Positions 25,087-35,439 are shown, counted from the stretch's first letter. The stretch is 64,000 nt of DNA from Candidatus Lindowbacteria bacterium RIFCSPLOWO2_12_FULL_62_27 (GCA_001784175.1 MFPR01000017.1:93024-157023), one strand, 5' to 3'. Notes: a model not told the origin generated them from the letters alone. Translations and numbers: made by a program.

Positions 25087-26532
25087 ATGCCCAACACAGC
25101 AGTATTGAAAAAAACCATCGCCCGGTGCCGCGAGCGCGGCGTGATCATCCCGACCTTTGAACAGATGCGCCATCCGGAAAAAATTCCGGGCGCGATCCAA
25201 CGGAGGCTCCGCAAGATCGGGCTGTGGGATGTCAGCCCGCTCAATTTGTTCCGCATCACCTGGAAAAATGACATCTCCAGTGGGCTCTTCGGCCCGGTCA
25301 ACGCGCTTGAAATCCCGCGCGTGATCACCCGCGTCCGAGCGCGGATCGTGGGGCTGCTCGGCAAATTTTATCCGACGGGCGCGCACAAGGTCGGCGCGGC
25401 CTTTGGGTGTCTCGTGCCGAGGCTGATCAACGGCGAGTTCGATCCGACGGCCCAGAAGGCCGTCTGGCCGTCGACCGGCAACTACTGCCGGGGCGGCGCC
25501 TTCGATTCGGTTCTGCTCGACTGCGTGCCCGTGGCGATTCTGCCGGAGGGCATGAGCAAGGAGCGGTTCGAATGGCTGAAGGGCATCGGCGCCGAAGTAA
25601 TCGCGACGCCGGGAACGGAATCGAACGTCAAGGAAATTTACGACAAGTGCTGGGAAATCCGCCGGACCCGGCCCGAATGCGTCATCTTCAACCAGTTCGA
25701 GGAATTCGGCAACCCGGTCTGGCATTACGAAGTCACCGGCCCGGCGGTGGAAGAGGCGTTCCGGAATCTCGGACCCGGACTGAACCTCGCCGCGTACATT
25801 TCGGCCACCGGGTCGGCCGGCACCATCGCGGCCGGCGATTATCTGCGCGGGCGGTTTCCGCACATCCGCGTGACCGCCTCCGAGGCCCTCCAGTGCCCGA
25901 CCCTGCTCTACAACGGATTCGGCGCGCACCGGATCGAGGGCATCGGTGACAAGCACGTGCCGTGGATTCACAACGTGCGGAACACCGACGCGGCCGTCGC
26001 CATCGACGACGAGTCCTGCATGCAGATCCTCCGGCTCTTCAATGAAAAGGCGGGCCATGCGCTCCTGAAGGACCAGGGCGTGCCGGCGTCCTTCATCCGC
26101 AAGCTTCCGCTCCTCGGCATTTCCGGGATTTCGAATATGCTGAGCGCGATCAAAATCGCCAAGTATTTCGAGCTGACAGAAAACGACGTCGTCATGACGA
26201 TCTTCACCGATTCGACCGCCCTCTACGGATCGCGGGTCGAGGAACTCCGCGCGCAGTACGGCGAGTACAAACCCAAGAACGCCCTCTACGACCGCACCCG
26301 GTATCTGGACGGGATCGGCCCGGACCATGTGATGGACCTCGGCTACTACGATCGCAAGCGGCTCCACAACCTGAAATACTTCACCTGGGTCGAGCAGCAG
26401 GGCAAAACGTCCGAGGACCTGAACCGTCTCTGGGCGCCGTCTTTCTGGGAGGAGGTCTTTCGCCAGGGTCCGGTGTGGAACCGGCAGATCGACGAGTTCA
26501 ATCGGGCGACGGGCGTTCTCAAGCGGCTCTGA
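25087..26532 (+). CDS. PLP-dependent fold-type II enzyme (cysteine-synthase-like)
   Basis: TGAHKVGA (PLP lysine), PSTGNY, NQF, TGSAGT, HRIEGIG. Confidence 0.85.
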   Translation: MPNTAVLKKTIARCRERGVIIPTFEQMRHPEKIPGAIQRRLRKIGLWDVSPLNLFRITWKNDISSGLFGPVNALEIPRVITRVRARIVGLLGKFYPTGAHKVGAAFGCLVPRLINGEFDPTAQKAVWPSTGNYCRGGAFDSVLLDCVPVAILPEGMSKERFEWLKGIGAEVIATPGTESNVKEIYDKCWEIRRTRPECVIFNQFEEFGNPVWHYEVTGPAVEEAFRNLGPGLNLAAYISATGSAGTIAAGDYLRGRFPHIRVTASEALQCPTLLYNGFGAHRIEGIGDKHVPWIHNVRNTDAAVAIDDESCMQILRLFNEKAGHALLKDQGVPASFIRKLPLLGISGISNMLSAIKIAKYFELTENDVVMTIFTDSTALYGSRVEELRAQYGEYKPKNALYDRTRYLDGIGPDHVMDLGYYDRKRLHNLKYFTWVEQQGKTSEDLNRLWAPSFWEEVFRQGPVWNRQIDEFNRATGVLKRL

Positions 26533-27344
26533 TGGCCTCCGCGCCGGTTTCAATCACGTATTTTGCTGAGGCGAAGAAGAAGCGCGAGCGGTTCGTCGTG
26601 TTATCGCTCTACGAAGCCTGGTCGGCGCGGCTCGCGGAAGCCGCCGGCGTGCGCGTTCTTCTCGTGGGCGACAGCCTCGCCACGTCGGTCCAGGGCCATG
26701 AGACGACGCTGTCCGTGACGATGGACCAGATGATCTATCACACGCAGTGCGTCCGTCGCGCCGTGCCCCGCGCGTTCGTGATCGGCGACATGCCGTTTCT
26801 GTCCCACACGGTGTCCGAATCCGACGCGATCCGGAACGCCGGCCGGTTTCTCTCCGAGGGCGGCGCGTCGGCGGTGAAGGTCGAAGGCGGGGCCGAGATT
26901 GCCGACGTCGTTGCCGGCATGGTTCGCCGCGGCATTCCGGTCCTCGGACATATCGGCATGACGCCTCAGCACCATCTGCGGTTCGGCGGGTACAAGGTTC
27001 AGGGCCGGGGGGCGCCGGACGCCAAGCGCATCGTGGCCGACGCGAAGGCTCTCGAAAAGGCCGGAGTGTTCGCGATCGTGCTTGAACTGGTCACCGAGGA
27101 AACCGCGGCCCAAGTCACCGCCGCCGCCGGCGTCCCGACCATCGGGATCGGCGCCGGACGCAAGGTCGACGCGCAGGTGCTGGTGTTCCACGACCTTCTG
27201 GGACTCAATCCGCATTTCTCGCCCCGGTTCCTCAAGCGATACGCCGAAGTCGGGGACGAGGCGGTGGCCGCCATCCGGAAATTCGCGGCCGACGTTTCCG
27301 GCGGCTCGTTCCCCGGCGAGGCCAACGTCTTTCACAACCAGTAG
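26532..27344 (+). CDS. panB: 3-methyl-2-oxobutanoate hydroxymethyltransferase
   Basis: LLVGDSL, DMPF, VKVEGG, GHIGMTPQ, IGIGAG, QVLVFHDLLG. Confidence 0.95.
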   Translation: MASAPVSITYFAEAKKKRERFVVLSLYEAWSARLAEAAGVRVLLVGDSLATSVQGHETTLSVTMDQMIYHTQCVRRAVPRAFVIGDMPFLSHTVSESDAIRNAGRFLSEGGASAVKVEGGAEIADVVAGMVRRGIPVLGHIGMTPQHHLRFGGYKVQGRGAPDAKRIVADAKALEKAGVFAIVLELVTEETAAQVTAAAGVPTIGIGAGRKVDAQVLVFHDLLGLNPHFSPRFLKRYAEVGDEAVAAIRKFAADVSGGSFPGEANVFHNQ

Positions 27345-27348
27345 GCCC

Positions 27349-28191
27349 GTGTTCCTCGCGCGCGACCCCGCGTCGCTCGACCGCGCGCTGGCCGGCGCCC
27401 GGCGCAGGAGGCGGCGTGTGGGATTAGTGCCGACCATGGGCGCGCTTCACGCGGGACACGAAACGCTGATTCGCGAGAGCCTGCATCGGTGCGACCGGAC
27501 GGTCGTCAGCATTTATGTCAATCCTCTGCAATTCGATTCCGCGGCCGATTTCGGCCGATACCCGCGGCCTCTTCGCCGGGACCTGGCGGTGTTGCGCCGG
27601 CTGGGCGTGGACGTCGCGTATTGCCCGAAGCCGTCCGTTTTTCCGGCCGGCTGCGCTCTCCGGGTGACGGAACCCCGTGTCTCCGAAATTCTCGAAGGCC
27701 GGGTCCGTCCGGGACATTTCGAAGGAGTCCTGACGATCGTCGCGAAATTATTTCTTCAGGTGCGGCCGACCCATGTGTTCTTCGGGGAAAAAGATTTCCA
27801 GCAGCTCTGGCTGATCCGGCGGCTCCTCCGGGAGTTCCGGTTCGGAATTGAACTTGTCGCGGTTCCCACCGTCCGCGAGCCTTCGGGCCTCGCCTGCTCG
27901 TCCCGCAACGAACTTTTGAGCGCCCGCGGCCGCCGGCGCGCGGCGGAGATTTATCATGCGCTGTCGTCGGCCGCGCGGCGCGCCGGTTCGGGAGGCCGGC
28001 CTGTTTCGATCGTCGCGCAGGTCCGCCGGCGACTGATGGAAAAAAAGATTCGGCCTGAATACATCGTGCTGGTCGATCCGGTCGATTTTACGCCGGCGAG
28101 GCGGCTGATCCGGCCCGGCGCCCGGCCGCGGCTCCTCGCGGGATGCCGCATCGACGGAATTCATCTGATCGACAACATTTCCATTCCGTAA
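27349..28191 (+). CDS. panC: Pantoate-beta-alanine ligase
   Basis: VPTMGALHAGH, SIYVNPLQF, RPGHFEGV, FGEKDFQQ, GLACSSRN, LIDN. Confidence 0.95.
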   Translation: MFLARDPASLDRALAGARRRRRRVGLVPTMGALHAGHETLIRESLHRCDRTVVSIYVNPLQFDSAADFGRYPRPLRRDLAVLRRLGVDVAYCPKPSVFPAGCALRVTEPRVSEILEGRVRPGHFEGVLTIVAKLFLQVRPTHVFFGEKDFQQLWLIRRLLREFRFGIELVAVPTVREPSGLACSSRNELLSARGRRRAAEIYHALSSAARRAGSGGRPVSIVAQVRRRLMEKKIRPEYIVLVDPVDFTPARRLIRPGARPRLLAGCRIDGIHLIDNISIP

Positions 28192-28197
28192 CCCGGC

Positions 28198-31143
28198 ATG
28201 GCCCTTATCACCGTCGACGCGCGATTCCGGCTGGGCCTCCAGCGCGTCCTTGCGCGGCTGGGCGACCGCGAATCGTTCAGCGTCGTGCAGGCGGACCTTG
28301 GGGAGGCCGACCCGGAGATCCGTGCGGGCGCGATCCGGCTCATCGGCGAGCTGGGCCTTCGGGAATTTCTCCCGAACATTCAGGAACGGCTGCAGAAACT
28401 CTACGGCCGGCAGCACGCGCCGGAGGAACTGCCGTTCACCATCGCGGTGTTCAATGCGCTCAAAAAAATCGGGACGCGCGAAATCTCCGAGGAGCTGGCC
28501 CGCCGCTTCGAACAGCTGGCCGGCCGGCTCAAGCCCGCGGCCATTCACGTCATCGCGGCCCACGGGGCCGGCAGCGCCGAGATCGACGGTTTTTTCCAGG
28601 GACTCATCCGGCTCGACACGCCGTATCCGCATCTGAGGGCGCAGGCCGTCGAACTCTACGGGACGCTGGCCGCGGGCCATCCCGACAAGAAGGCGCTGGT
28701 GGCGACGATCCGGAAATGTCTGAAGGACGAGTCGACCGAAATGGCGCGCGCCGCGGCCGAGACGATCGCGAAACTTCTCGGCGAGCGGCTCTTCGAGCTG
28801 CCCGAATGGGGAACGCTTGCGCCGGCCATCCGGGCGGAACTCATCCTCGCGGCGCCCGCGATCCCCGCCGCGCGGCTCGAGGAGGCATTCAAGGATCCGG
28901 AGGCGGATGTCCGGCGGGCGGCGGTGCAGAGGATCCTGTCGGCGGTCGAGCCGCCACAGTCCATCCGCGACGTGATCCGCATGTACAGCCAGGACGCGTC
29001 GGAGGAAACCGTCGTGACCGACCGCCTGATGGCGAGTCTCGGCGGCTGGAACGATTCGGGCCATGGCCGGCTGGTTCTGATCCAGTCGTTCCTGTACATG
29101 CTCAAACGCCAGGCCGGCGTGCTTGAAAAGTTTTTGCCGACGCCCGGCGCCATGCTCGGCGACATGGACAAGCTCATCGCGCGGCTCCGCCGGGCGCTCC
29201 TTCGCACGGGAACGGAACAACTGTCCGAGTCGCTCTTCCTCGCGATGTCCGGCCGGGGCGACAGCCGAAGCGTCTTCAGCGAGGTGGAGGCGCAGCTCAA
29301 GATTTATCCGAAGGAAGGGGAACTCAAGGCCACCGTACAAGAACTTATGGCCGTGCAGGACGATCGAATCCGCAAGCGCATCGCCGCCGAGGTCAAATCC
29401 GTGCCGGCCGGCGCGTTCATCCCGATCAAGCGCATTCTTAAAATCATGCCGCCGCTCAAGGAATCCGCCCTGGTTCCGACCCTGCGCGTCATCAAGGACC
29501 TCGCGCGGTTTCACGGCGATCAGGAGCTGGAGTGGCTGGCCGTCGTCCACCTCGCGGGCTGCCGCGACGGGCCGTCCCTCGCCGCCGTGTCCGACGCCGT
29601 TCTCGGATCGGACAAGGCCGCCGGCCCCCGGTCGCCGGTATCGGCCGCGCGGCGGCAGGTGGACGTTGCGCTCTGGATCCGGTCTCTTTCGGTCGACACC
29701 GCCAACGCACGCGTCCGCGAAACGCTCCTCACCCTCATTCGCTCCTCCACCCATCCCGACACTTTTCGCGCCGCGGTCGACGCAATGACGGCCAAGGTCG
29801 ATACGGAAGTATCCAGCATTCTCATGCTGAGGCTTCCGAGCCTCAAGGGCGCGATGCGGTTCATCGTGATCCAGTCGATCGGCCGGATGGGCGACCGCGT
29901 GCATCTGCCCGTTTTCCTCGGAGACCTCAAGGCGGCGGAGGAAGACCGCAAGCTTGCGGGCCTGCTCGGGCTGGAGAAACTGCTCGACCGCAATCCCGAT
30001 CTGCCGCCGGACACGGTGACGGGGCCGCTCTACGAGTTGAAAAATCATTCGAGCGCGCTCGTCCGCGCCTCCGCGATCGCGCTCCTCGTGCGGCTCAAGG
30101 ATCCCAACCGCGTTGAACTTGTGTCGGAGCTGATCGCTTCGGACCGGCCCATTCCGGTCGGTTCCTACCGGCTTGTGCCGGAACTGGTGCGGGAGGGCCT
30201 TTCAGACGATGGCCGGCAGAAACTCTATCAGGCGCTTCTGTCGCGGGTCGGCCGGCTGTCGGAGGACGAGGAGGCCGTCTGCGAAGCCTTTCGGTCGGTG
30301 CTGGACGGGCGGCCCTTTGCGGAATTGTTGAACCCCCGCCGGCAGCGCGCCGAGTCCGTGGAGGATTTGCGGGACTTGCTGAGAACCCGGTCCGCCGCGC
30401 AGGCCACCACCGATTTCAAAATCTCCAAGGCCATTCAGCGCCGCGCCATCGCATTCCTCGACATCACCGGGTTCACCCCGCGCGCGGCCAAGATGACCGC
30501 GATCGAACTCGGATTTTTTCTCGTGCAGGTCGAGGACGAAATCCTGCCGTTCGTGACCGGCCACCAGGGCCTCCTGGTCAAGCGGCTCGGCGACGGGTTT
30601 CTCCTTTCCTTTCCGGGCTCCGCCGAGGCCCTGTCGGCGTCTCTTGAAATGCTGATGCATCTGGCCAAAAAAAACCAGTTGATTCAGGAGGACGACCGCA
30701 TCCGCCTGCGCGTCGGCATTCACGTCGGCGACGTCCTCGTCGACCGCGACGACGTCTTCGGCGACACCGTCAACGTCGCCGCAAGGGTCGAGGCGCAGGC
30801 CAAACCGATGTGCATCTGCCTTACCGAGGACGTCTTTCGCGATCTGCCCACGCGCAACGAGTCGATCGAGTCGATGGGCCCGGTCCGGCTCAAGGGGAAG
30901 GACGAGCCCGTCACCCTCTACCGCGTCCGGCTTGACGTCATCTACGAGGCGCAGACGGAAGCCCTGCAGAAGCTGATGGCGACCCCGGACTGGCTGCCCA
31001 AAATTCGCCGCTTTGAACTCGTGCTGGACGAAAAGTACCGGATCATCAAGGAAAAAATCGAGGAGGCCAGGCACATGGTCGCGCACGGCGACTACACCCA
31101 CGCCGAATCGCTGGTCGAGGAAATCGAAAAAATGCTGCTCTAA
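28198..31143 (+). CDS. HEAT-repeat protein with C-terminal class III adenylate cyclase
   Basis: HEAT-like repeats (DPEIRAGAI, DVRRAAV, LVRASAI); cyclase motifs FLDITGFT, KRLGDG, RVGIHVG, DVFGDTVNVAAR. Confidence 0.88.
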   Translation: MALITVDARFRLGLQRVLARLGDRESFSVVQADLGEADPEIRAGAIRLIGELGLREFLPNIQERLQKLYGRQHAPEELPFTIAVFNALKKIGTREISEELARRFEQLAGRLKPAAIHVIAAHGAGSAEIDGFFQGLIRLDTPYPHLRAQAVELYGTLAAGHPDKKALVATIRKCLKDESTEMARAAAETIAKLLGERLFELPEWGTLAPAIRAELILAAPAIPAARLEEAFKDPEADVRRAAVQRILSAVEPPQSIRDVIRMYSQDASEETVVTDRLMASLGGWNDSGHGRLVLIQSFLYMLKRQAGVLEKFLPTPGAMLGDMDKLIARLRRALLRTGTEQLSESLFLAMSGRGDSRSVFSEVEAQLKIYPKEGELKATVQELMAVQDDRIRKRIAAEVKSVPAGAFIPIKRILKIMPPLKESALVPTLRVIKDLARFHGDQELEWLAVVHLAGCRDGPSLAAVSDAVLGSDKAAGPRSPVSAARRQVDVALWIRSLSVDTANARVRETLLTLIRSSTHPDTFRAAVDAMTAKVDTEVSSILMLRLPSLKGAMRFIVIQSIGRMGDRVHLPVFLGDLKAAEEDRKLAGLLGLEKLLDRNPDLPPDTVTGPLYELKNHSSALVRASAIALLVRLKDPNRVELVSELIASDRPIPVGSYRLVPELVREGLSDDGRQKLYQALLSRVGRLSEDEEAVCEAFRSVLDGRPFAELLNPRRQRAESVEDLRDLLRTRSAAQATTDFKISKAIQRRAIAFLDITGFTPRAAKMTAIELGFFLVQVEDEILPFVTGHQGLLVKRLGDGFLLSFPGSAEALSASLEMLMHLAKKNQLIQEDDRIRLRVGIHVGDVLVDRDDVFGDTVNVAARVEAQAKPMCICLTEDVFRDLPTRNESIESMGPVRLKGKDEPVTLYRVRLDVIYEAQTEALQKLMATPDWLPKIRRFELVLDEKYRIIKEKIEEARHMVAHGDYTHAESLVEEIEKMLL

Positions 31144-31886
31144 GGCTCCGCGGGCGGCTTGGCGCCTTCCGGAATCGGCGCCGGTTCCTCCTCCGACAGG
31201 TTTCTCAGATCCCTTTTCACGTAATGTTTCGGCGGAAGAAATTCCTCTTCGCTGAATTTCACCCGCTCGATCTTCCGGGCCTCGAGGACGTCCCGGCCGT
31301 AGGGATAATATTGAATGTCGTTCAGCGGCAGGCCGTGGACCTTGCGGAACAGCATCGAGAGCGGCTCGTAATCGTCCGACGGCGCAAATGCCTGAAACGC
31401 GCGTTCGAGTCCCTCCATGGCCCGCATGAAATCGAATCCGGGCGTGATCTCCTGGGTCGTCGTGATCTCCCGGATGAGCGCCGAGTCCTCATAAATGCGG
31501 TATCGCCGGGCCGCGAATCCCAGCACCGGCGCGGCCGTCTCGTCCTCTTCGATCAGGAAAATCCCTTCGGCGGGCTCCGTCTCTGCCGGGATCGCCGGCG
31601 GAAATTCAATCATCGAATACGCCTGGGTCTTCGCGTCCAGAACGTAGATCGTGCGGGCGTTCAAGTCCGCGATGAGGTCGTAGCCCGACACGTCGCCATT
31701 CACGGTCCGCAGTTTCCCCTTGTCGATCCACATCGCGTTCTTCTGCCGGCTCACCACCTCCGGGGTGTCGCCTTCCTCGGAATACGACACGGCCTCGTAG
31801 GCCACACGGTAGCCGCCCCACGCGCCGCCGGCCTGCAGGAGGGCCGCCAGCGCCAACAAGATCCCGCACCTCCGAATGCTGTTCAC
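31140..31886 (-). CDS. Secreted DUF4412-like protein
   Basis: Signal peptide from GTG 31886; MWIDKGKLR, IADL...IYVLD...QAY, GLPL and EEFLPPKHY pattern. Confidence 0.7.
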   Translation of the reverse strand: MNSIRRCGILLALAALLQAGGAWGGYRVAYEAVSYSEEGDTPEVVSRQKNAMWIDKGKLRTVNGDVSGYDLIADLNARTIYVLDAKTQAYSMIEFPPAIPAETEPAEGIFLIEEDETAAPVLGFAARRYRIYEDSALIREITTTQEITPGFDFMRAMEGLERAFQAFAPSDDYEPLSMLFRKVHGLPLNDIQYYPYGRDVLEARKIERVKFSEEEFLPPKHYVKRDLRNLSEEEPAPIPEGAKPPAEP

Positions 31887-31928
31887 AACTTGTATTGTCG
31901 GCGATCCGCATATAAAAATCAAGGAGAG

Positions 31929-33344
31929 ATGATCCGCATGTTCGCGACGGTTGCAGCGCTGAATGCGATGTCCGGCGGCTTGGGCGCGGCCCTCCTCCTC
32001 GCGCTCGGCGCCATCCTGCCGCCCGAGGAATACGGCACGTTCGTCCTGATCCAGATGGCCGGCCAGGCCCTGTTCTGTTTCGGCGCCGACTGGAGCAACC
32101 ATCTGCTGCAGCGGTACGGCCACGAGGAATTTCTGAAAACCGGCTCGCTCCAAAGCGCCATTCGCGGCCGGTACGGGATTCTGGCCGTGTCGCTCCCGGC
32201 GGCGTCGCTCGTCTTGTGGCTGGCCCGCCCCTGGGTCCTGCCTAGGGAGGGCGCCGGTCCGGTGACGCTGGCCGCGCTCTATGCCGGCTCCCTCATCCTC
32301 ATGGCGCACGTCCAGTATCTTCTGCAGGCCATCGACAAAATCACCGTCAGCGTGTGGCTGCCGGGCCTGTCGCGGATCGTCGCCCTCGTCTGCCTCGGCG
32401 GCCTCTGGGCGTCGGGCCGCCTCAGCGGCTCGACGGCGCTCGCCATTCTGATCGCCGGCGGCGCGCTGGCGGCGCTCGCCGGATTTTGGCGCCTGCGGCC
32501 GGTCCTGGCGGTTCCGGCGTCGATGCGGTTTGAACGGAGCGTGCTCTGGAAGTATTCGATCCCGATCGCCGCGGTCACGGGGCTGGGATTCGTTCAGAAC
32601 TGGATCTCGATCCTGCTCGTCAACAAATTCTGTTCCGCGCGCGACACGGGCGTCTTTGCGCTGGCCCAGCAGATGGTTCTCTTTACGAGCATCGGCCTCG
32701 CCTCCACGACGCCGATCCTCATCAATCACTTCGTTGGCCGACTCGTCGACGGCTTCGACGCCGCGGCCTTCAGAAATTTCTCGATGAATTACCTTCACCG
32801 AATGGTCTTCGCCTGGAACTTCCTCCTCATGGCCGTCCTCGGCGTCGCGCGCTCTCTCTTCGCCACGATCCTCGACACCTACGCGCCCGGCGCCCGGGTC
32901 GTGGAGATCCTCCTGCCGGCCTTCGGGATCCTGGCGATTTCCACGTTCCTCATCCCGGTCATCCACGTCTACGGCCTCACCCAGCACATCATGTGGATGA
33001 GCTTCGTCTCCATCGCCGGCAACGTGACCGTCAGTTTCTGGCTCGCGCCCAAACTCGGCATGACGGGCCTCGCCTGGGGCATGGCCGCCGGCATTCTCCT
33101 CTCGTCCACGCTCTATGCCGCCATCGCCGTCCGCAAGATCGGCACCGGTCTCGCCGCGCTTCTCCGATCGCTCCTCGCCGCATGCCCCCTCGCCTTCGTG
33201 TGTCTCGCCTCCGCCGGCGCCGCCTCGCGCGTCTGGCCGTGGCTCGCGCTGGCCGTGGCCGCGGCGGGCCTGTACCTCCGCCTTGTCCCGCCCAGCCGCG
33301 CCGAACTCAACGACTGGGCCAATCGCTTCAGGCGTTCGTCATAG
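31929..33344 (+). CDS. Wzx-like oligosaccharide flippase
   Basis: AAGGAG RBS; LPPEEYGTF, GVFALA, LAPKLGMTGLAW; about 12-14 TM segments. Confidence 0.8.
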   Translation: MIRMFATVAALNAMSGGLGAALLLALGAILPPEEYGTFVLIQMAGQALFCFGADWSNHLLQRYGHEEFLKTGSLQSAIRGRYGILAVSLPAASLVLWLARPWVLPREGAGPVTLAALYAGSLILMAHVQYLLQAIDKITVSVWLPGLSRIVALVCLGGLWASGRLSGSTALAILIAGGALAALAGFWRLRPVLAVPASMRFERSVLWKYSIPIAAVTGLGFVQNWISILLVNKFCSARDTGVFALAQQMVLFTSIGLASTTPILINHFVGRLVDGFDAAAFRNFSMNYLHRMVFAWNFLLMAVLGVARSLFATILDTYAPGARVVEILLPAFGILAISTFLIPVIHVYGLTQHIMWMSFVSIAGNVTVSFWLAPKLGMTGLAWGMAAGILLSSTLYAAIAVRKIGTGLAALLRSLLAACPLAFVCLASAGAASRVWPWLALAVAAAGLYLRLVPPSRAELNDWANRFRRSS

Positions 33345-33380
33345 CAGCCGCGCCGCCTTGCATGGCGCCGCCGGATCAGA

Positions 33381-34685
33381 TTGAATGACCGCATGACGGT
33401 GAGCGCGGTTGTGAAACGGTTGTGCGGCCTCGTAGCCGCTCTTGCGATGGCGGCGGCGCCGGCCGGCGCGGCCGGGTTTTCCGAGATCGTTCCCACGGTC
33501 GGCGTTCTCTATTTCGATAATGCCACCGGCGCCGACCACCTCTCTTGGCTCCCCAAGGGATTCGCCGAGTTGCTCATCCGCGACCTTGCCCGGACCGGCC
33601 GCGTCGAGACCATTCCCCGCGAACAGGTCGAATCCGCGTGGTCGACCTACGCTGAGAGCAAGTCGACCGCGTTCGCCAACAAGATGCTGGCCCAGCGACT
33701 CGGCAAAATCCTCAAGGCCACCCACCTTCTGGCCGGCCGCTTCACCCGGCGGGACACCGACCTTGTGATCGAGATCAAACTCTACGACATTCAACACGCC
33801 CGGTTCTCCGGCTGGCGCCAGATCGAGGGGCCGTCCGACGGCGTCATGTACCTGCTCAAGCAGGTCGGGCTCAAAACATTCGAGATGCTGAAAATGGAGC
33901 TGGCCGACCGCGAGCTCATCGATTTCCTCCAGATCCCGTCCCACAACCTCAAGGCCCTCGCGTTTTATTCCCTCGGCCTCGACGCGCTGGACCGCGGAGA
34001 CAAAAACCTCGCGCATTCGCATTTCCGCACGGCGGTCGACGCCGACCGGTTTTTCAAGCCCGCCGTCGAGGCGATTTCCGGCATGGCCTTTGTCCTCGCA
34101 GGCAAGGCCATTCTGCGGAGCGAATTTCACGAAACCACCGTCATCGGCGCGTCCGCCATCACCTCCGTCCATGACCTCATTGAACTTGCCCGCACCAACG
34201 CATTCGATTTCTCCATCGGCGATCCCGTCGCCACGCCCATTGAGGGCGACACCTACCTCGCCGACGTCAAGCTTCCGCTGGAAGTGACCGTGCGGCCGGA
34301 TTACGTCAATCTGTGGCTTTATTCCATCCGCCGGATCGGCCGGGAATGGCCCGACACCATGTCCTCGACCCGGCAGATCGAGTTCGCGCGGAAGGATCTC
34401 TTCGATCAGCCCGTGGTTCTGTCCCTGCCCGACCCGCTCGCCCGGCAGTGGCTGGACGCGTGGAAAACCCTGACCATGCGCCTCGTGTTTCAGGGGCCGG
34501 AGGGCCAGGCGCTCTTTGAGACCCAGAAGGTTCCGGTCCTGCCGCTTTATATCGGCAACGCCGAAGGGCAATTCGCCGGCCAATCCTCGGTCCACTGGCG
34601 GCTGGCGACCTCCTTTGAGGTCGCGCGGGTACCCAAACACTTTTTTGAAGGCCCGATTCAGGTCAGCCTTGAAATCGACCGATAG
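33381..34685 (+). CDS. Secreted CsgG/TolB-N-like plus TPR protein
   Basis: Signal peptide; VGVLYFDN, WLPKGFAELL..DL, LGKILKATHLLAG; TPR segment FRTAVDADRFF. Confidence 0.7.
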   Translation: MNDRMTVSAVVKRLCGLVAALAMAAAPAGAAGFSEIVPTVGVLYFDNATGADHLSWLPKGFAELLIRDLARTGRVETIPREQVESAWSTYAESKSTAFANKMLAQRLGKILKATHLLAGRFTRRDTDLVIEIKLYDIQHARFSGWRQIEGPSDGVMYLLKQVGLKTFEMLKMELADRELIDFLQIPSHNLKALAFYSLGLDALDRGDKNLAHSHFRTAVDADRFFKPAVEAISGMAFVLAGKAILRSEFHETTVIGASAITSVHDLIELARTNAFDFSIGDPVATPIEGDTYLADVKLPLEVTVRPDYVNLWLYSIRRIGREWPDTMSSTRQIEFARKDLFDQPVVLSLPDPLARQWLDAWKTLTMRLVFQGPEGQALFETQKVPVLPLYIGNAEGQFAGQSSVHWRLATSFEVARVPKHFFEGPIQVSLEIDR

Positions 34686-34688
34686 CTC

Positions 34689-34702
34689 TATATATATATA
34701 TA
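34689..34702. repeat. (TA)7 microsatellite in an intergenic region
   Basis: TATATATATATATA followed by CAAATATTATATA. Confidence 0.9.
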
Positions 34703-34768
34703 CAAATATTATATAGGCTGTTCCGGAGCCTCTGGGCAACCGGAAACTCGATCAGGAGGTGGTCGGTC

Positions 34769-35407
34769 ATGAGAGGGAAGATTTGGGTCATCGTCAGCGC
34801 ACTCGCGGTCCTGCTGGGCGCCGTCCGGCCGGCGGCGGCGGATTTGTTCAAGGACGTTTTTTCCGGCAGCGGCAAGAAGAAGGCCGAGGAGAAGGCGCAG
34901 TCGATCGCGCGGAAATTCAAGTTCGTCCTTTACCTCACCACGGGCGATGTGCTGAAGGCCGTGGAGTACAAGGGCGGCGGGACGAGCGTGAAAAAGGGCA
35001 CGATCCGGTTCATCAGCAATTTCGAGTCGGACATCGAGGTCAAAACCGGTTTCATCAAATACATCGACATGGACATGATCGGCGAGCAGATCCTGGAGGA
35101 GGAATACGCGTCCTCCAAGTCCGACCGCGTCTATCTGCGGAACCAGGATTTCGTCACAGGCAAGGTCACGGGCTTTACGGCCAAGGACGTTCTCGTTGCG
35201 ACCACCTACGGCGATCTCAAGGTCTCCGCGATGCAGGTCAAATATGTCATATTCCGAAATCCGATGGCGGGACCCGAAGCGCCGGCGAAAAGTTCCGGCC
35301 TGTCCTCCCCCCGCGCCCCGGCGCGGCCCCAAGCGGCGCCGCCCGCGCCCGAGCCTGAGCCGGAAGCTTCCAAACCGGCGCCGGCCCCGGAAGAGGACGA
35401 AAAATAG
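34769..35407 (+). CDS. Secreted hypothetical protein with Pro-rich tail
   Basis: AGGAGG RBS; signal peptide; two small beta repeats (LYLTTGDVL / VYLRNQDFVTG). Confidence 0.75.
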   Translation: MRGKIWVIVSALAVLLGAVRPAAADLFKDVFSGSGKKKAEEKAQSIARKFKFVLYLTTGDVLKAVEYKGGGTSVKKGTIRFISNFESDIEVKTGFIKYIDMDMIGEQILEEEYASSKSDRVYLRNQDFVTGKVTGFTAKDVLVATTYGDLKVSAMQVKYVIFRNPMAGPEAPAKSSGLSSPRAPARPQAAPPAPEPEPEASKPAPAPEEDEK

Positions 35408-35439
35408 CCGGCGGGCCGCCGACCGCCGGAAATTCCGCC

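Noticed and set aside
27748-30048. Long antisense/alternate-frame ORFs (this one, 1318-2598, 25060-26553, 40129-41601, 45409-46950 and similar)
   Set aside because: Shadow ORFs expected in high-GC DNA opposite genes with clear family motifs
31224-32987. Apparent large overlap of the flippase and DUF4412-like ORFs
   Set aside because: Both ORF calls are over-extended; the plausible starts (31929 + and 31886 -) give ordinary divergent genes
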